Source: a virus
DNA length: 64,000 nucleotides
Direction: 5' to 3' (one strand)
IMG/VR virus record: IMGVR_UViG_3300040856_003274
Location: 1 to 64,000 of that record
This document shows, in pieces, positions 39,685 to 49,638 of this stretch; within the stretch, counting starts at the first letter, position 1, and every line of letters begins with the position of its first letter. The notes beneath the pieces were generated by a model, which did not search any database, had not been told where the DNA came from, and was given only the letters and a program-made list of their open reading frames with translations. A program made the translations under genes and the position numbers.

Positions 39685-40170
39685 ATGAGAAGAACAGCTT
39701 CAGAAATACTATCTGACATTAAGGACCTTAAGATCAGAGTCGCTAACTTAAATTATTCCTCTATGGTTACGATTTCATCGGAAGCGCGGAAGCTCCTCGA
39801 CCATGCGCGTACTATACCTGATCTTGCTGCCTCGAATAAGAGTGATCTAGGGACTCTGATGCACATCGGGTTGCCCCCTATAATAACGAGGTTGCATAGA
39901 GCACTTAAGGCTAAGGCTAAGGGTGGTGAGTCCGTGACAGAAATGGATTTAGAGTTGCTTCAGTTCTGTGTGTATCTACACAACGAGCTGGCAAATGGCG
40001 GGGCGTGGACTCTTGAACCTGCACCTGTCAATCAGCAGTTGAACCCTAGAGCTTTTGATGAGGTTTCAGGGGCTCGGTCAGGTTGGGTAGTTGAGACTAT
40101 CGTTCCTAGCATCCCACAAGTAAGCGCACTTAGGGGGCTAGTCAAAGTGACAGCGCGTCGTCCTCAATAG
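39685..40170 (+). CDS. hypothetical protein with MRRTASEIL leader
   Basis: AGGAG RBS, upstream TATTCCACTTATA, leader shared with 17400-17777. Confidence 0.75.
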   Translation: MRRTASEILSDIKDLKIRVANLNYSSMVTISSEARKLLDHARTIPDLAASNKSDLGTLMHIGLPPIITRLHRALKAKAKGGESVTEMDLELLQFCVYLHNELANGGAWTLEPAPVNQQLNPRAFDEVSGARSGWVVETIVPSIPQVSALRGLVKVTARRPQ

Positions 40171-40214
40171 TTGTTCACCTTTCTATTCGTTCATTAAGAG
40201 CGACACTAGAAAAG

Positions 40215-40508
40215 CTAAAGACTCTTGAGTAGGTGAGGAGGGATCTCTTTCCCATAGATTTTCCTGAGTCTAAAAGATACGTCCTTGTGCGCGTCTTTAT
40301 ACTCAGTAAAGAATAAAGGGGCTCTTTGTTCCCATGCCTTGTAGCCGATTTCTTTGACGAGCTCAGCGATCTTGTAAGCATCTACTTGGTGTATGCAATC
40401 TTTAATCGCCTCAGAGCCTTTTACGGGCTCTAATGTTACAAACAGCATGAAGATTTGATTAGCCTGCTTGTATCTCTTAGCTACTCTGCGTGCTTGCTCT
40501 TTTCGCAT
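40215..40508 (-). CDS. hypothetical protein (RVAKRYKQAN leader)
   Basis: 97-aa ORF with GAGAGG RBS. Confidence 0.6.
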   Translation of the reverse strand: MRKEQARRVAKRYKQANQIFMLFVTLEPVKGSEAIKDCIHQVDAYKIAELVKEIGYKAWEQRAPLFFTEYKDAHKDVSFRLRKIYGKEIPPHLLKSL

Positions 40509-40629
40509 AGACTTCTAGCCTCTCAGTCATGGTGTTTATCAAAAGCTAATATCAGAGGTTTAGTGTTTGACAAGCGTAATCCCTTCCGATGTTATGAGCT
40601 TTATCAAGCCACGTCGGAAAGGAAAAAAA

Positions 40630-41214
40630 ATGGCGCTCACCTTTTATTACTCTACCGTTAATGCGGGTAAGACCGCGAAGCTCATCTTAGACGCGCACGC
40701 GCACAAGAGTCGAGATGTTAAGACTCTTGTCTTGCTACCTGAGATCGCGCTCTCAAGAGAAAACGGTAATACTCTCTCATCAAGAGCAGGGCTTTCTTGT
40801 GAGATTACATCTTTGCCTGACGGTGGTTGCCCTCACAGCCTTGTGAGCGATCTTAATGAGCTACCTGAAGTGGTCTTCATTGACGAGGCGCAGTTTCTCA
40901 CCCCAGCTCAGATTAGAGGTCTTTGTAATATTACAGACCTCCTTAACATCCCTGTATTTGCTTTTGGACTACGTACTAACTTTTACGGTGAGCCTTTTGA
41001 GGGGAGCATTTATCTCATGGCATGGGCAGATAGGATCGTAGAGATACCTACACCGTCAACGAGAGAAAAGCATGTTTTCGCGACAATGAACATTAGAGTG
41101 TGTCCTGAGACTAAAGAGCGCGTATCAGGAGAGAACGGGATTGAGGTAGGCTTTAACTTTGAGCCTGTAAGCAGAAGGTATTTTAATCTTAATGAGAGAT
41201 GGGAAGAAAAATGA
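40630..41214 (+). CDS. tdk: thymidine kinase
   Basis: YSTVNAGKT P-loop, SRAGL, DEAQF, GLRTNF.GEPFEGS. Confidence 0.9.
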   Translation: MALTFYYSTVNAGKTAKLILDAHAHKSRDVKTLVLLPEIALSRENGNTLSSRAGLSCEITSLPDGGCPHSLVSDLNELPEVVFIDEAQFLTPAQIRGLCNITDLLNIPVFAFGLRTNFYGEPFEGSIYLMAWADRIVEIPTPSTREKHVFATMNIRVCPETKERVSGENGIEVGFNFEPVSRRYFNLNERWEEK

Positions 41215-41699
41215 TTGCACTAATCGCCGCTGTCGGCGCAAAACTAGGTATCGGCTTTAATGGTCAGCTCCCTTGGGGGCATATTAAGAAAGACATGTCG
41301 CACTTTAAGCGTGTGACAAAAAACAGCACGCTCATTATGGGACGCGCTACCTACGAGTCGATAGGCAGACCCCTCCCTGATAGAGAGATGTTTATTGTGT
41401 CGAGCACATTAGAGCCTAATGACCATATTCGAGTTTTTAAGGATATACCCACAGCATTAGAGGCTTGTAAGACCGAAGACATATTCTTTGCTGGTGGTGT
41501 CCGTATTTACGAGGAGGGTGCTAAATACGCAGATAGGATATACCTTACTATGCTCTCTTCAGAAGCTGAGGCAGACACTTACTTCCCTAAGCAAATACTT
41601 ACTCCTGAAGAGTGGGTAGTCATAGATCATTCGCATGATTATGACTCCGACTCAGATGTGAGGCTCAGCTTCTTCACATTTGAGCGAGAGGTGGCTTAA
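41211..41699 (+). CDS. folA: dihydrofolate reductase
   Basis: IAAV...IG..GQLPW...DM.HFK..T....IMGRATYESI..PLP.R...GG..IY...DTYFP. Confidence 0.95.
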   Translation: MIALIAAVGAKLGIGFNGQLPWGHIKKDMSHFKRVTKNSTLIMGRATYESIGRPLPDREMFIVSSTLEPNDHIRVFKDIPTALEACKTEDIFFAGGVRIYEEGAKYADRIYLTMLSSEAEADTYFPKQILTPEEWVVIDHSHDYDSDSDVRLSFFTFEREVA

Positions 41700-41702
41700 G
41701 GT

Positions 41703-42497
41703 ATGTCAGAGCAAGGTTACATTAACTTAGCTAAGAAAGTGCTCTCAGAGGGCGAATACCGCGCTGATCGAACAGGTGTGGGTATTTATTCTCTCTTCGG
41801 TGAGCAAGTCAAGTATGATCTCACAGAAGGCTTCCCGTTGCTCACCTCAAAGAAAGTCTACTTTAAAGGTGTAGCATACGAGCTGATTTGGTTTTTGAGC
41901 GGAGATACTAATATTAAATTTCTGCAAGAAAACAAAGTGCGGATATGGGACGAGTGGGCTGACTCCGAAGGTAATTTAGGGCCTGTCTATGGCAAGCAGT
42001 GGAGAGATTGGAGCGGTGTAGATCAGATCGCTAATCTTATAGAAGAGCTTAAGTCTAATCCGACTTCGCGTAGGCATCTAGTGAGCGCATGGAATGTTAG
42101 TGAGTTAGCAGAAATGGCGCTCCCCCCTTGCCACATGACCTTTCAGTTTTATGTGCGCCGAGGAGAGTATTTAGACTGCCAGCTTTATCAGAGGTCTGCT
42201 GATCTTTTCTTAGGCGTACCTTTCAACATCGCCTCCTACGCGCTCTTAACTCATGTGATCGCTAAGCTAACAGGACTTAAAGCTGGCGTGTTTACGCATA
42301 CAATGGGTGACGTACATATCTACTCCAATCACCTAGATCAGATTAAGGAACAGATTAGAAGATTTGAGAACGAGCCTAGACCCCTCCCTCAGATAGAGCT
42401 TCAGCCGATTGATAACATAGACTCATTTTGCTACGGAGACATAAGAATAGCGGGGTATGATCCTCACCCTCCTATCAAAGGTACGGTGGCGGTCTAA
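41703..42497 (+). CDS. thyA: thymidylate synthase
   Basis: [54 protein letters not shown]. Confidence 0.97.
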   Translation: MSEQGYINLAKKVLSEGEYRADRTGVGIYSLFGEQVKYDLTEGFPLLTSKKVYFKGVAYELIWFLSGDTNIKFLQENKVRIWDEWADSEGNLGPVYGKQWRDWSGVDQIANLIEELKSNPTSRRHLVSAWNVSELAEMALPPCHMTFQFYVRRGEYLDCQLYQRSADLFLGVPFNIASYALLTHVIAKLTGLKAGVFTHTMGDVHIYSNHLDQIKEQIRRFENEPRPLPQIELQPIDNIDSFCYGDIRIAGYDPHPPIKGTVAV

Positions 42498-42547
42498 ATT
42501 CTATATACCTTCGATAGTCACAGACTAGTAAAAGACTAGGAGGTACT

Positions 42548-43624
42548 ATGAGACACCTGACAGCTCGACAAAGAAAATCAAAACTTAGGCTTCACTTAGA
42601 CACTCACGTTAGTAGGCTTGTGCGGGAGTTTAGAAGTCATCTTGATATGTACATTATGAGCAACAAGGACGCTCTGATTAAGAGTATAGGGGATAACTTC
42701 GACTCTCGTATCTCTCCCATCATTGACTCGATCCCTAGCCATGAGACAGACAGTGATTTTTTTAGAGGCGGTGTTTATGTGTCTCTCTCTTACTTCAACT
42801 CAAGAGATCCTATCCAATCTTACTTTAAAAACGGTTACGGGGTTGAGGAGACTCTTGCTAATCTAATAGAGCAGACCACAGATCGAGGAGATTTTTCTTT
42901 AAGCGATGCTTACGACAAGTGGTTTTACTATTACAGCCCTCTCTTAGCGCGGGCATTAGGTAAGGTTAAGATACAAACTAACCCTTTCCTTGTAGATGCT
43001 TACAAAGGTAAGGCGCTTAACTTCTTCTCTCATAGCGCACTCTCTGCCTTTTCGATTTTAAGCCACCTGCTGAGATTTTTTAAAGCACCTGGACTTGTGG
43101 TAGAGGCGGCTCTTGTTGCGCTCTTCGCACCTAAGAAGAAAGCTGTAGAGAGACACCTTAATATTAAGACTGCTTCTGTAAAGGTAGCCCAGCGATACCT
43201 AATCGCTAAGGCTCTCGAAGATGACGAGAAGCGAGACATCTATAACAGGTGGCATAAGCTCATCAACATGACACAGAAAGAGCTAGAGGATTGGGGGGAC
43301 AACCCTGAGCGCCTAAAAGCCTCTCTCAACAGGCAGAGAGCCAAAGAGGAAGGGGGCATACAGAGCGGTTATGACTCTTTCCGAAGAATAGTGCGTCGTA
43401 AGTCGAAGCCCTTCAAAGATTGGTCGCCACAAGACTTCCAAAACGCTCAACAAGAGATAAACTTTAACACTCGTATGCTTGGGAACAACCCGGGTCAACC
43501 TGTGAACAAAGACATTATGAAATCTAAGTGGGAGATTAGCCTGCTTAACTGGGGGCATGACCCGTCTAAGAAAAGCTCACCCTCATATGGTAAATGGAAG
43601 GCATGGAAAGATGACCTTGAATGA
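42548..43624 (+). CDS. two-domain protein with C-terminal DUF3140-like domain after a KTAS/KVAQRY linker
   Basis: INMT..ELEDW...SG..S...W.ISLLNWGHDP. Confidence 0.65.
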   Translation: MRHLTARQRKSKLRLHLDTHVSRLVREFRSHLDMYIMSNKDALIKSIGDNFDSRISPIIDSIPSHETDSDFFRGGVYVSLSYFNSRDPIQSYFKNGYGVEETLANLIEQTTDRGDFSLSDAYDKWFYYYSPLLARALGKVKIQTNPFLVDAYKGKALNFFSHSALSAFSILSHLLRFFKAPGLVVEAALVALFAPKKKAVERHLNIKTASVKVAQRYLIAKALEDDEKRDIYNRWHKLINMTQKELEDWGDNPERLKASLNRQRAKEEGGIQSGYDSFRRIVRRKSKPFKDWSPQDFQNAQQEINFNTRMLGNNPGQPVNKDIMKSKWEISLLNWGHDPSKKSSPSYGKWKAWKDDLE

Positions 43625-43994
43625 GTATATCGAAAACTTTTACGAGCCCCGTGTAATCTTATCGCACAGCGAGACGGATTTTCCTGTGACTTATAACTTT
43701 CGAGACATCACGTTAGACCTCCTGAAAGATTACGATAAGATTGTCTTTTCGACAAAGCGTATGCGCACGCTGTCTGATGACGCTGTGTGGCAAGCGCAGG
43801 CTCTTCGTAAAGAGATTGAGGGTACACAAATAATAACTGACCGCTACGGACTTGCGCTTGTTTCTTCAAACCCGCAGAAGGTGGTTATGGGTTTCCTTGA
43901 CCTTATCTCCACAAGAGGGGAGTACGTAGATTACTTAAACAGCCTAAAAGCTCCGACCAAAGCTGTAAACGCCCTATTTTTTGATAAACCTTGA
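43611..43994 (+). CDS. hypothetical protein
   Basis: GGAAAG before the ATG at 43611. Confidence 0.6.
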   Translation: MTLNEYIENFYEPRVILSHSETDFPVTYNFRDITLDLLKDYDKIVFSTKRMRTLSDDAVWQAQALRKEIEGTQIITDRYGLALVSSNPQKVVMGFLDLISTRGEYVDYLNSLKAPTKAVNALFFDKP

Positions 43995-44020
43995 ACCCGC
44001 ATAGCTAGGAGGAAGTAGCT

Positions 44021-44671
44021 TTGATTACCTACAAAAACAAGAATAGACGGTTATTCTCCGCAGATGATAATGAGAATGTGATCCTAATCTCCGCACCTCA
44101 GCAGAGTGGGGGAGGTGAGCCTAAGGCAAGAGAGATTGTGACGGAGGGGACTCACATCTATTTCTTCCAAGACGTGACCACGGAGAGTGTACAAGATTTA
44201 GTGGTGACTCTTAGAAGGATGACCGCGAGCATCTTAGAGTTTACGACGGATTTAGAGCTCCCTGAACCCCCTCCTATCCATCTCCACATCAACACCAACG
44301 GCGGGGACGCTTTCGCTGGTTTTTCAGCATCTTTCTCTATCGCTTCTAACCCGATCCCTGTTTACACCTACGTAGACGGTCAAGTTGCTTCCGCAGGTAC
44401 GTTTATGTCTCTCGCGGGCGCGAAGCGGTTCATGCAACCTCAGTCCTTCATGCTTATCCATCAAGTCTCATCGGGTGTGTGGGGTACTTATGCTGACATT
44501 GTGGACGAGAAGGAGAGCCTTGACCGCATCATGGAGAAGGCTAGAGAGCTCTACAAGAAATACACTAAGATTAGCGATGAGAGGCTCGATGATCTCCTTA
44601 ACGGCAACCTTTGGCTTAACGCAGAAGAGTGCTTAGAGCTGGGCTTCGTTGATGAGGTACAAAAAAGTTAG
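44021..44671 (+). CDS. ClpP-like serine protease
   Basis: HINTNGG, VASAGT (catalytic Ser), MLIHQ (His), WL.AEECLELGFVD. Confidence 0.88.
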   Translation: MITYKNKNRRLFSADDNENVILISAPQQSGGGEPKAREIVTEGTHIYFFQDVTTESVQDLVVTLRRMTASILEFTTDLELPEPPPIHLHINTNGGDAFAGFSASFSIASNPIPVYTYVDGQVASAGTFMSLAGAKRFMQPQSFMLIHQVSSGVWGTYADIVDEKESLDRIMEKARELYKKYTKISDERLDDLLNGNLWLNAEECLELGFVDEVQKS

Positions 44672-44727
44672 TGTAGCTTTTGGGAGAGGTAGTGTATAGG
44701 GGACACTCTTAAGAAAGGAGTCCCAAT

Positions 44728-45321
44728 ATGCTACCGCCTATCGAGGCTATCAAAAACTTTGTCTTAATGACTCAACTCTTGTCTTCAAGCTGGGGTGTAC
44801 CTCCTCAGCAGATTGATGACGCACAATGTTACCTCTTTGAGCTAAGCCATGCTATCGCTCATTACTCTGAGGACAAAAACCAACAACTCATGTATTTGAC
44901 TATTGCGGCTCAGGAGTCAAAGTTTAGCTTTGACCACCCAAACGACGAGCCCTCAGTTAACCCGAAGTCAGGTGCTTGTGGCCCTTATCAAATCGTCCCG
45001 AAGTGGGCTGTACCTAAAGATTTACCTGCTGATTGCAACGAGCTTCACGACCCTTATGACGGCACTTGGAGACTCCGAGAGGCGCTCTCAGCCATAGCAA
45101 AGATGGTGAAGCCTAAGAATGTGATGTGCTATTATGCTACAGGTGACCTTGAGTGTACCCATGAGAAGACTCCTTACTCACGCGTACACTCAAGACTAAA
45201 GGAGAAAATACGCAGAGAACGTGCTAAGATAGATAAATACGGCAAGTACGCTTTAAAGATCGTAAGACTCACGCTTCAAAACAAGTGTTCGCGTGGGCAA
45301 AATTCAGAGCCACTCAGGTAA
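44728..45321 (+). CDS. SLT-type lytic transglycosylase-like protein
   Basis: IAAQESKF (catalytic Glu) and SGACGPYQI motif. Confidence 0.7.
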   Translation: MLPPIEAIKNFVLMTQLLSSSWGVPPQQIDDAQCYLFELSHAIAHYSEDKNQQLMYLTIAAQESKFSFDHPNDEPSVNPKSGACGPYQIVPKWAVPKDLPADCNELHDPYDGTWRLREALSAIAKMVKPKNVMCYYATGDLECTHEKTPYSRVHSRLKEKIRRERAKIDKYGKYALKIVRLTLQNKCSRGQNSEPLR

Positions 45322-46143
45322 TATCTGAGCCTCTAAATCTAAAGCGTAAAGCAAGTCAGCAGTGCGCTTCCCATAGCCTTTATTTAAGACTTTCTTAGGG
45401 TCGTTGACAAAATCATGTGACCCTAGCTTCGACGTGTACTTGTCAAAGCTCCAAATGTTCGTCTGAGTCTTAATGTCTAAAGGTACAAAGTTAAAGTCCT
45501 TACAGACGACTTTCCGCTCTCCTTTAGAGAAGCCTTCAAGTAGCGGATTGAGCTTCCTTGTCATCTTGATGTCCATGTTGCGGTTAATGTCATCAGGCCA
45601 CAGCTTCCAGTCTGCTTTATCAAGAAGAGCTCTACTCACACATCTACCTAGACCTAAAGTTACACCGTAGTTGGAGTGACCTTTAGGGTAATAGAAGTGG
45701 ATCATCTTCTTTGTAGAGGACTCAAAGAAGTAAATGTCTTGTATACCAATGTACGGGTATCCTTGAAATAGGAACCTAGCGTAGAGAGCGATCAGATCAA
45801 CAGGGAGCAAGTCATCGGTGTCTACAAACAGCACCGCGTCTATCTCTACTTGCCAATCTCTAATCTTTTCGAGCGCCTGATTACGTTTAGCAGACACGGG
45901 AGTATTAGGGCGCTCCATATAGTTGTAGTTGTGCCTCGATGCCAAGGAACGACTGTACTCACCTTCAGACCCAACCGCGAAGAGATAGAGCCCTATATTT
46001 TTCTTTAAGAGCTCTTTTTGAACATGGTTAAACCACTTAAATGTAAAGTCCGTCAGCACTTGCCTGCGCCACATCGTGGTAAGTATTGCGATGTTGGTTT
46101 TTTGAGGCGCAGGGTTCTGTTCGGCGTGAGTATATTCAATCAT
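45304..46143 (-). CDS. GT-A fold glycosyltransferase-like protein
   Basis: ILTTMWRR...KRNQAL...VDTDDLL...LGLGR. Confidence 0.65.
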   Translation of the reverse strand: MIEYTHAEQNPAPQKTNIAILTTMWRRQVLTDFTFKWFNHVQKELLKKNIGLYLFAVGSEGEYSRSLASRHNYNYMERPNTPVSAKRNQALEKIRDWQVEIDAVLFVDTDDLLPVDLIALYARFLFQGYPYIGIQDIYFFESSTKKMIHFYYPKGHSNYGVTLGLGRCVSRALLDKADWKLWPDDINRNMDIKMTRKLNPLLEGFSKGERKVVCKDFNFVPLDIKTQTNIWSFDKYTSKLGSHDFVNDPKKVLNKGYGKRTADLLYALDLEAQILPEWL

Positions 46144-46226
46144 GTCTTCGCCTTTATAAAAAATTGGGTGGTTTCTGAGATTTAAAGTGTAGATAGGTTG
46201 ACCCTATCACAATATGGAGAAAAGAA

Positions 46227-46610
46227 ATGGGTAACAACTTCCTCACCATCCAAAGACCTGTCGAGATCACAGAAGAGAGGTTTGAAGACCTTCTTTGCAA
46301 CGCTCTCGAAGGCGGAGTCTCTTACTGGGCTGACATCGACACGTCGATCCACCCTCCTCAAGAAGGCGATGAGAACATCGAGTTTCCTCACCTCGCGTTC
46401 ACTCATCCTAAGTACGTCATTCATGTCGTTGACCGTGAAGATGATGGGAACACCTTTAGGTTGAAGCTCGAAGACCTTAAGAAGGGTTTTGAGATTTGGG
46501 CTAAAGACTGTCCTTATCACTTTGAGAATTTTCTCAAAGAGGAAGATGACGCGATCACCGCAGATACTTTCTTCCAATGTTGTGTTTTTGGAGAGGTCAT
46601 TTACGGGTAG
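46227..46610 (+). CDS. conserved phage-type hypothetical protein
   Basis: ALEGGVSYWA...DAITAD..FQ...FGEVIYG; GGAG RBS. Confidence 0.75.
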   Translation: MGNNFLTIQRPVEITEERFEDLLCNALEGGVSYWADIDTSIHPPQEGDENIEFPHLAFTHPKYVIHVVDREDDGNTFRLKLEDLKKGFEIWAKDCPYHFENFLKEEDDAITADTFFQCCVFGEVIYG

Positions 46611-48168
46611 TCTTAGTCCTCTTAGTCCTCTTAGTGGACTTGGTACGCTTTGTCCTCTTAGTGGACTTGGTACGCTTTGTCCTCTTAGTGGACTTGGTAG
46701 CCTTAGTCCTCTTAGTGGACTTGGTGGACTTGGTAGTCTTAGTCCTCTTGGTGGACTTGGTAGTCTTAGTCCTCTTGGTCGCTTTTGGCGAGCCCCCTGC
46801 GCTCTGCAAGGCTTTTGTCAGAAAGACCTCAGGATCAAACCTAAGCTCAGTTTTCTGTTGAGTAAGTAAATCCTCTAGGTTGTCTTCTACAGCGCCCTCA
46901 GAGAGGAAACGCAAGAGCACCTGAGGGTTGATATAAGAAGAGTAAGTAGTCTTGACGCTCCTATGGCTCAAGTCTTGTTGTGATTTAGCATACGCTCTCT
47001 GTACCGCTTCCAAAACAGCAGTTGTGATCTCTTGCTTCATCTTCTTCTTAGCGAGCGCCTTAAAAGAGCCTACTTTGACATAGAGGTCAGCCTGCTCCTC
47101 TTTAAGGCTTTCCAAGATAGATCGAGTCGCCTTGAGCTTACGGAAGTCGGTCATCCTCAACCTACGGAGTTTCTTCTTTAAATAGGTGTTGACGATGGAC
47201 TGAGTGAGTACCTTTCCGTCATCAAAGACGAAGATAAACTTGCTACCTGCATCGCTACCCCTCTTTGTGCTCACTCTCCCTACCATGTCTTTTAAGACTT
47301 TGACGATCTGAGCGTCTCTCAGCTCAGCGACGTTGACTGTTGTCCTCTTCCCCACAAACTTGAGTTGGGCGACGTTAGCCCTCACAAACTTAATGTGTTT
47401 GGGCATAAGGGTGATCGCACCAAAAGTCTCCTCATACTCATCAGTGTCTGACTTGTAAACTTGGTTACCATGCTCACCTGGGCGGATACCAGTCTCCATA
47501 AGAATTGACACAACAAGCGCCTTAATCTTAAGAGAGCTGTCTGCGCTCCTAAGGTCTTTCAAGACGCTCTTTCTAATCTTAGCGTAGTTAGCTACCAGCT
47601 CCTTCTGCACCTCGATCTTCTCGCCTAAGTTTTCAAACTTCTCCCTAAAGCGATTGTAGAGCTTCGTGATCTTACCCGATCTGTCCGTCTCAACAACAAG
47701 ACTATCAGGAAGAAACTCAAAAAACTCTTCGCCTAGCTTCGCTTTGATATTGCGTGCGCTCTTCTCATTCTCCATGTCCCTATAGTTATTCTTCATGGAC
47801 GGAGCGATGCGCTGGAGCTCATCGTCTATGCTGAGCTCCCTAAAGTGGACGTTCCTGATCACATACGCGCACGCGCTTGTGCGACTAGACGCGCCCTTGT
47901 AGCCCTCACCGATATATCTCTTAGCGAAGTTGAGGAAATCTCTCTGCGTCACAAGATGCTTAGTGAAGATACGCTCTGCTTGACTAGGGGTCTTACCGAT
48001 TTTTTTCGCCGCTTGTAAGGTTTTCTTAGCGACAGGCTTGTACTTGTTAGAGAGCGTCTTCAGCGCCCTTAGCATAGCCTGATGGTGTCTCTCCCGCGCT
48101 TTCTCGTCGCGAGTATACATACGGCTATATTCTGTCTCTTCTCTAGCTAGTAAGTCCATCATTTGCAC
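46597..48168 (-). CDS. DNA topoisomerase IB with basic repetitive tail
   Basis: TGIRPG (R), FGAITL..KH, FVGK (K), DFRK..AT (R), LSH (H), SSYINP (Y) match the topo IB catalytic pentad. Confidence 0.85.
   Translation of the reverse strand: MQMMDLLAREETEYSRMYTRDEKARERHHQAMLRALKTLSNKYKPVAKKTLQAAKKIGKTPSQAERIFTKHLVTQRDFLNFAKRYIGEGYKGASSRTSACAYVIRNVHFRELSIDDELQRIAPSMKNNYRDMENEKSARNIKAKLGEEFFEFLPDSLVVETDRSGKITKLYNRFREKFENLGEKIEVQKELVANYAKIRKSVLKDLRSADSSLKIKALVVSILMETGIRPGEHGNQVYKSDTDEYEETFGAITLMPKHIKFVRANVAQLKFVGKRTTVNVAELRDAQIVKVLKDMVGRVSTKRGSDAGSKFIFVFDDGKVLTQSIVNTYLKKKLRRLRMTDFRKLKATRSILESLKEEQADLYVKVGSFKALAKKKMKQEITTAVLEAVQRAYAKSQQDLSHRSVKTTYSSYINPQVLLRFLSEGAVEDNLEDLLTQQKTELRFDPEVFLTKALQSAGGSPKATKRTKTTKSTKRTKTTKSTKSTKRTKATKSTKRTKRTKSTKRTKRTKSTKRTKRTKTTRK
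46609..46779. repeat. 9-bp-unit coding tandem repeat (TK[R/S/T/A] tripeptides)
   Basis: CTTAGTCCT/CTTAGTGGA/CTTGGTACG/CTTTGTCCT units. Confidence 0.9.
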
Positions 48169-48203
48169 TCTCCTTTTGATGAGAGCACATTAGAGAGAGA
48201 TTA

Positions 48204-49418
48204 TTAAAACAAGCTCCCTTGTATGCCCCCTCCTGCTCTCATCTCGCCCCTGACCTCACTAAAGCGTGGTAAGTAGAAGTCGAGGCGGGGCTTCCACCCC
48301 ATATTGTCCTTGATGTATTGAGGCTCAGTCACTTCTTGCTTAGAGAAAGTCCCCCAAAAACGACATATGCTCATATAACGAACACCTCTGTTAACGTTAA
48401 GAACATAGCCGTTGTCATTTGCCTGCTTCAACACCCACCCTAAGAAATAGTACGGTAGCGTGTCTTGGTAAGGTTTAAACTCTAAGTGGTCTGCATCAAA
48501 ACCGTATCTGTTCCTAATGCTTATTCGGTTACGGAAGAGGGGGGCGTTGAGATATTCACCTCCAAAAGTCAGGAAGAATACACCCTTTTTGCGGAGGCGC
48601 TTCCATATAAGCTGGAGGAGGTCATACGAGTTAGAGAAAGGGTCGAGGTCTATGAAGTCATAAGTGCGCTTTGTGCTCTTAATAAACTCTATGTTGTCTC
48701 CCAAATGCCAAACCGCGCTAGGGCATCTCTGCTTACCTTCGTTATAAAACTCTTCCTTGATCTCTACTACGTCGATGTGAGCTTTAGGGAACGCTTGCCT
48801 GACAATCTCAGCAGAGTGTCCTAATCCTCCATAAGCATCTAAAGCAGACCGTATCTTAATGGGAGTGTCTTTTAGCTCCAGCTCGTTTACAAACCACTTA
48901 TGGTCTGTGGAGACTTGATTTCTCTTCTTGCCATGCCCTCGGTTGATCATCCTCTCCGAGACAAAAGTCAGCTCACAGTTTAGAGCGATAGAGATTTTCC
49001 ACAGAGGTAAGCCTGCTTCGTAGAGCTCATCGGCGCAGTCTTTGTTCCAGTTTTCTTTACTGTCGATACGGGCGCACTTAGTGTTTTTGAAAGTGTCCCC
49101 TCTAACCTTACAGATTGCGCTGATCGCCATTTGTAGGTCTTTAGGGTTACGGTTGTATTTACACACAAGGTCGAAAGAAGACATGCCTGCCTTCCAATCC
49201 GCGTAAGCGCCCTCTCGCTCAGTATTCGTCCACCGTTTTCTTGTCGGCGCGACCTTGAGCAGGTGCTCTTTCCCTGAGTACGGAATTCTATACTTATCGA
49301 GTATCTGTAAGACCAAAACTCGGCTCTCCTCTAAGATTAGGGCGTTTGAGACATCGCTTAAAAGCATAATAAACCAAGACCTGTAGCCTGTATAGCCTTT
49401 TAGAGAGGATGCTACCAT
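48204..49418 (-). CDS. HTH-like N-terminus fused to a SAM-dependent methyltransferase
   Basis: LDAYGGLG (motif I), VVEI, DNIEF, YDFIDLDPF; start uncertain. Confidence 0.7.
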   Translation of the reverse strand: MVASSLKGYTGYRSWFIMLLSDVSNALILEESRVLVLQILDKYRIPYSGKEHLLKVAPTRKRWTNTEREGAYADWKAGMSSFDLVCKYNRNPKDLQMAISAICKVRGDTFKNTKCARIDSKENWNKDCADELYEAGLPLWKISIALNCELTFVSERMINRGHGKKRNQVSTDHKWFVNELELKDTPIKIRSALDAYGGLGHSAEIVRQAFPKAHIDVVEIKEEFYNEGKQRCPSAVWHLGDNIEFIKSTKRTYDFIDLDPFSNSYDLLQLIWKRLRKKGVFFLTFGGEYLNAPLFRNRISIRNRYGFDADHLEFKPYQDTLPYYFLGWVLKQANDNGYVLNVNRGVRYMSICRFWGTFSKQEVTEPQYIKDNMGWKPRLDFYLPRFSEVRGEMRAGGGIQGSLF

Positions 49419-49638
49419 GAAGAGAATAACTCTAATACTCCTAATCTCGTTAGGCGCTTGCGACGAGAGCGCCCAGCTTGAAGAACCTAAGACACTCTGC
49501 GAACAAGTGTCTGATAAACTCTACGAGTGTATCGGAGGCAGAGTACCTATTACCTACTGCTCACAAGAAACTGCGGATTATATACTCAACGCACCCTGTG
49601 AGGATGTGCTTGAGTTTATTAGAGGCTCTCAGCGGTAA
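49417..49638 (+). CDS. small Cys-rich lipoprotein
   Basis: MKR + hydrophobic + LGAC lipobox; GAGGA RBS. Confidence 0.7.
   Translation: MKRITLILLISLGACDESAQLEEPKTLCEQVSDKLYECIGGRVPITYCSQETADYILNAPCEDVLEFIRGSQR

Noticed and set aside
46489-46869. Plus-strand LSPLSG / VLLVDL repeat ORFs
   Set aside because: They are antisense shadows of the topoisomerase 9-bp repeat tail.
46597-48168. Tyrosine integrase driving module shuffling
   Set aside because: Motif context (GIRPG, FGAITL, FVGK, DFR, SYINP) fits topoisomerase IB; there is no HxLR box.
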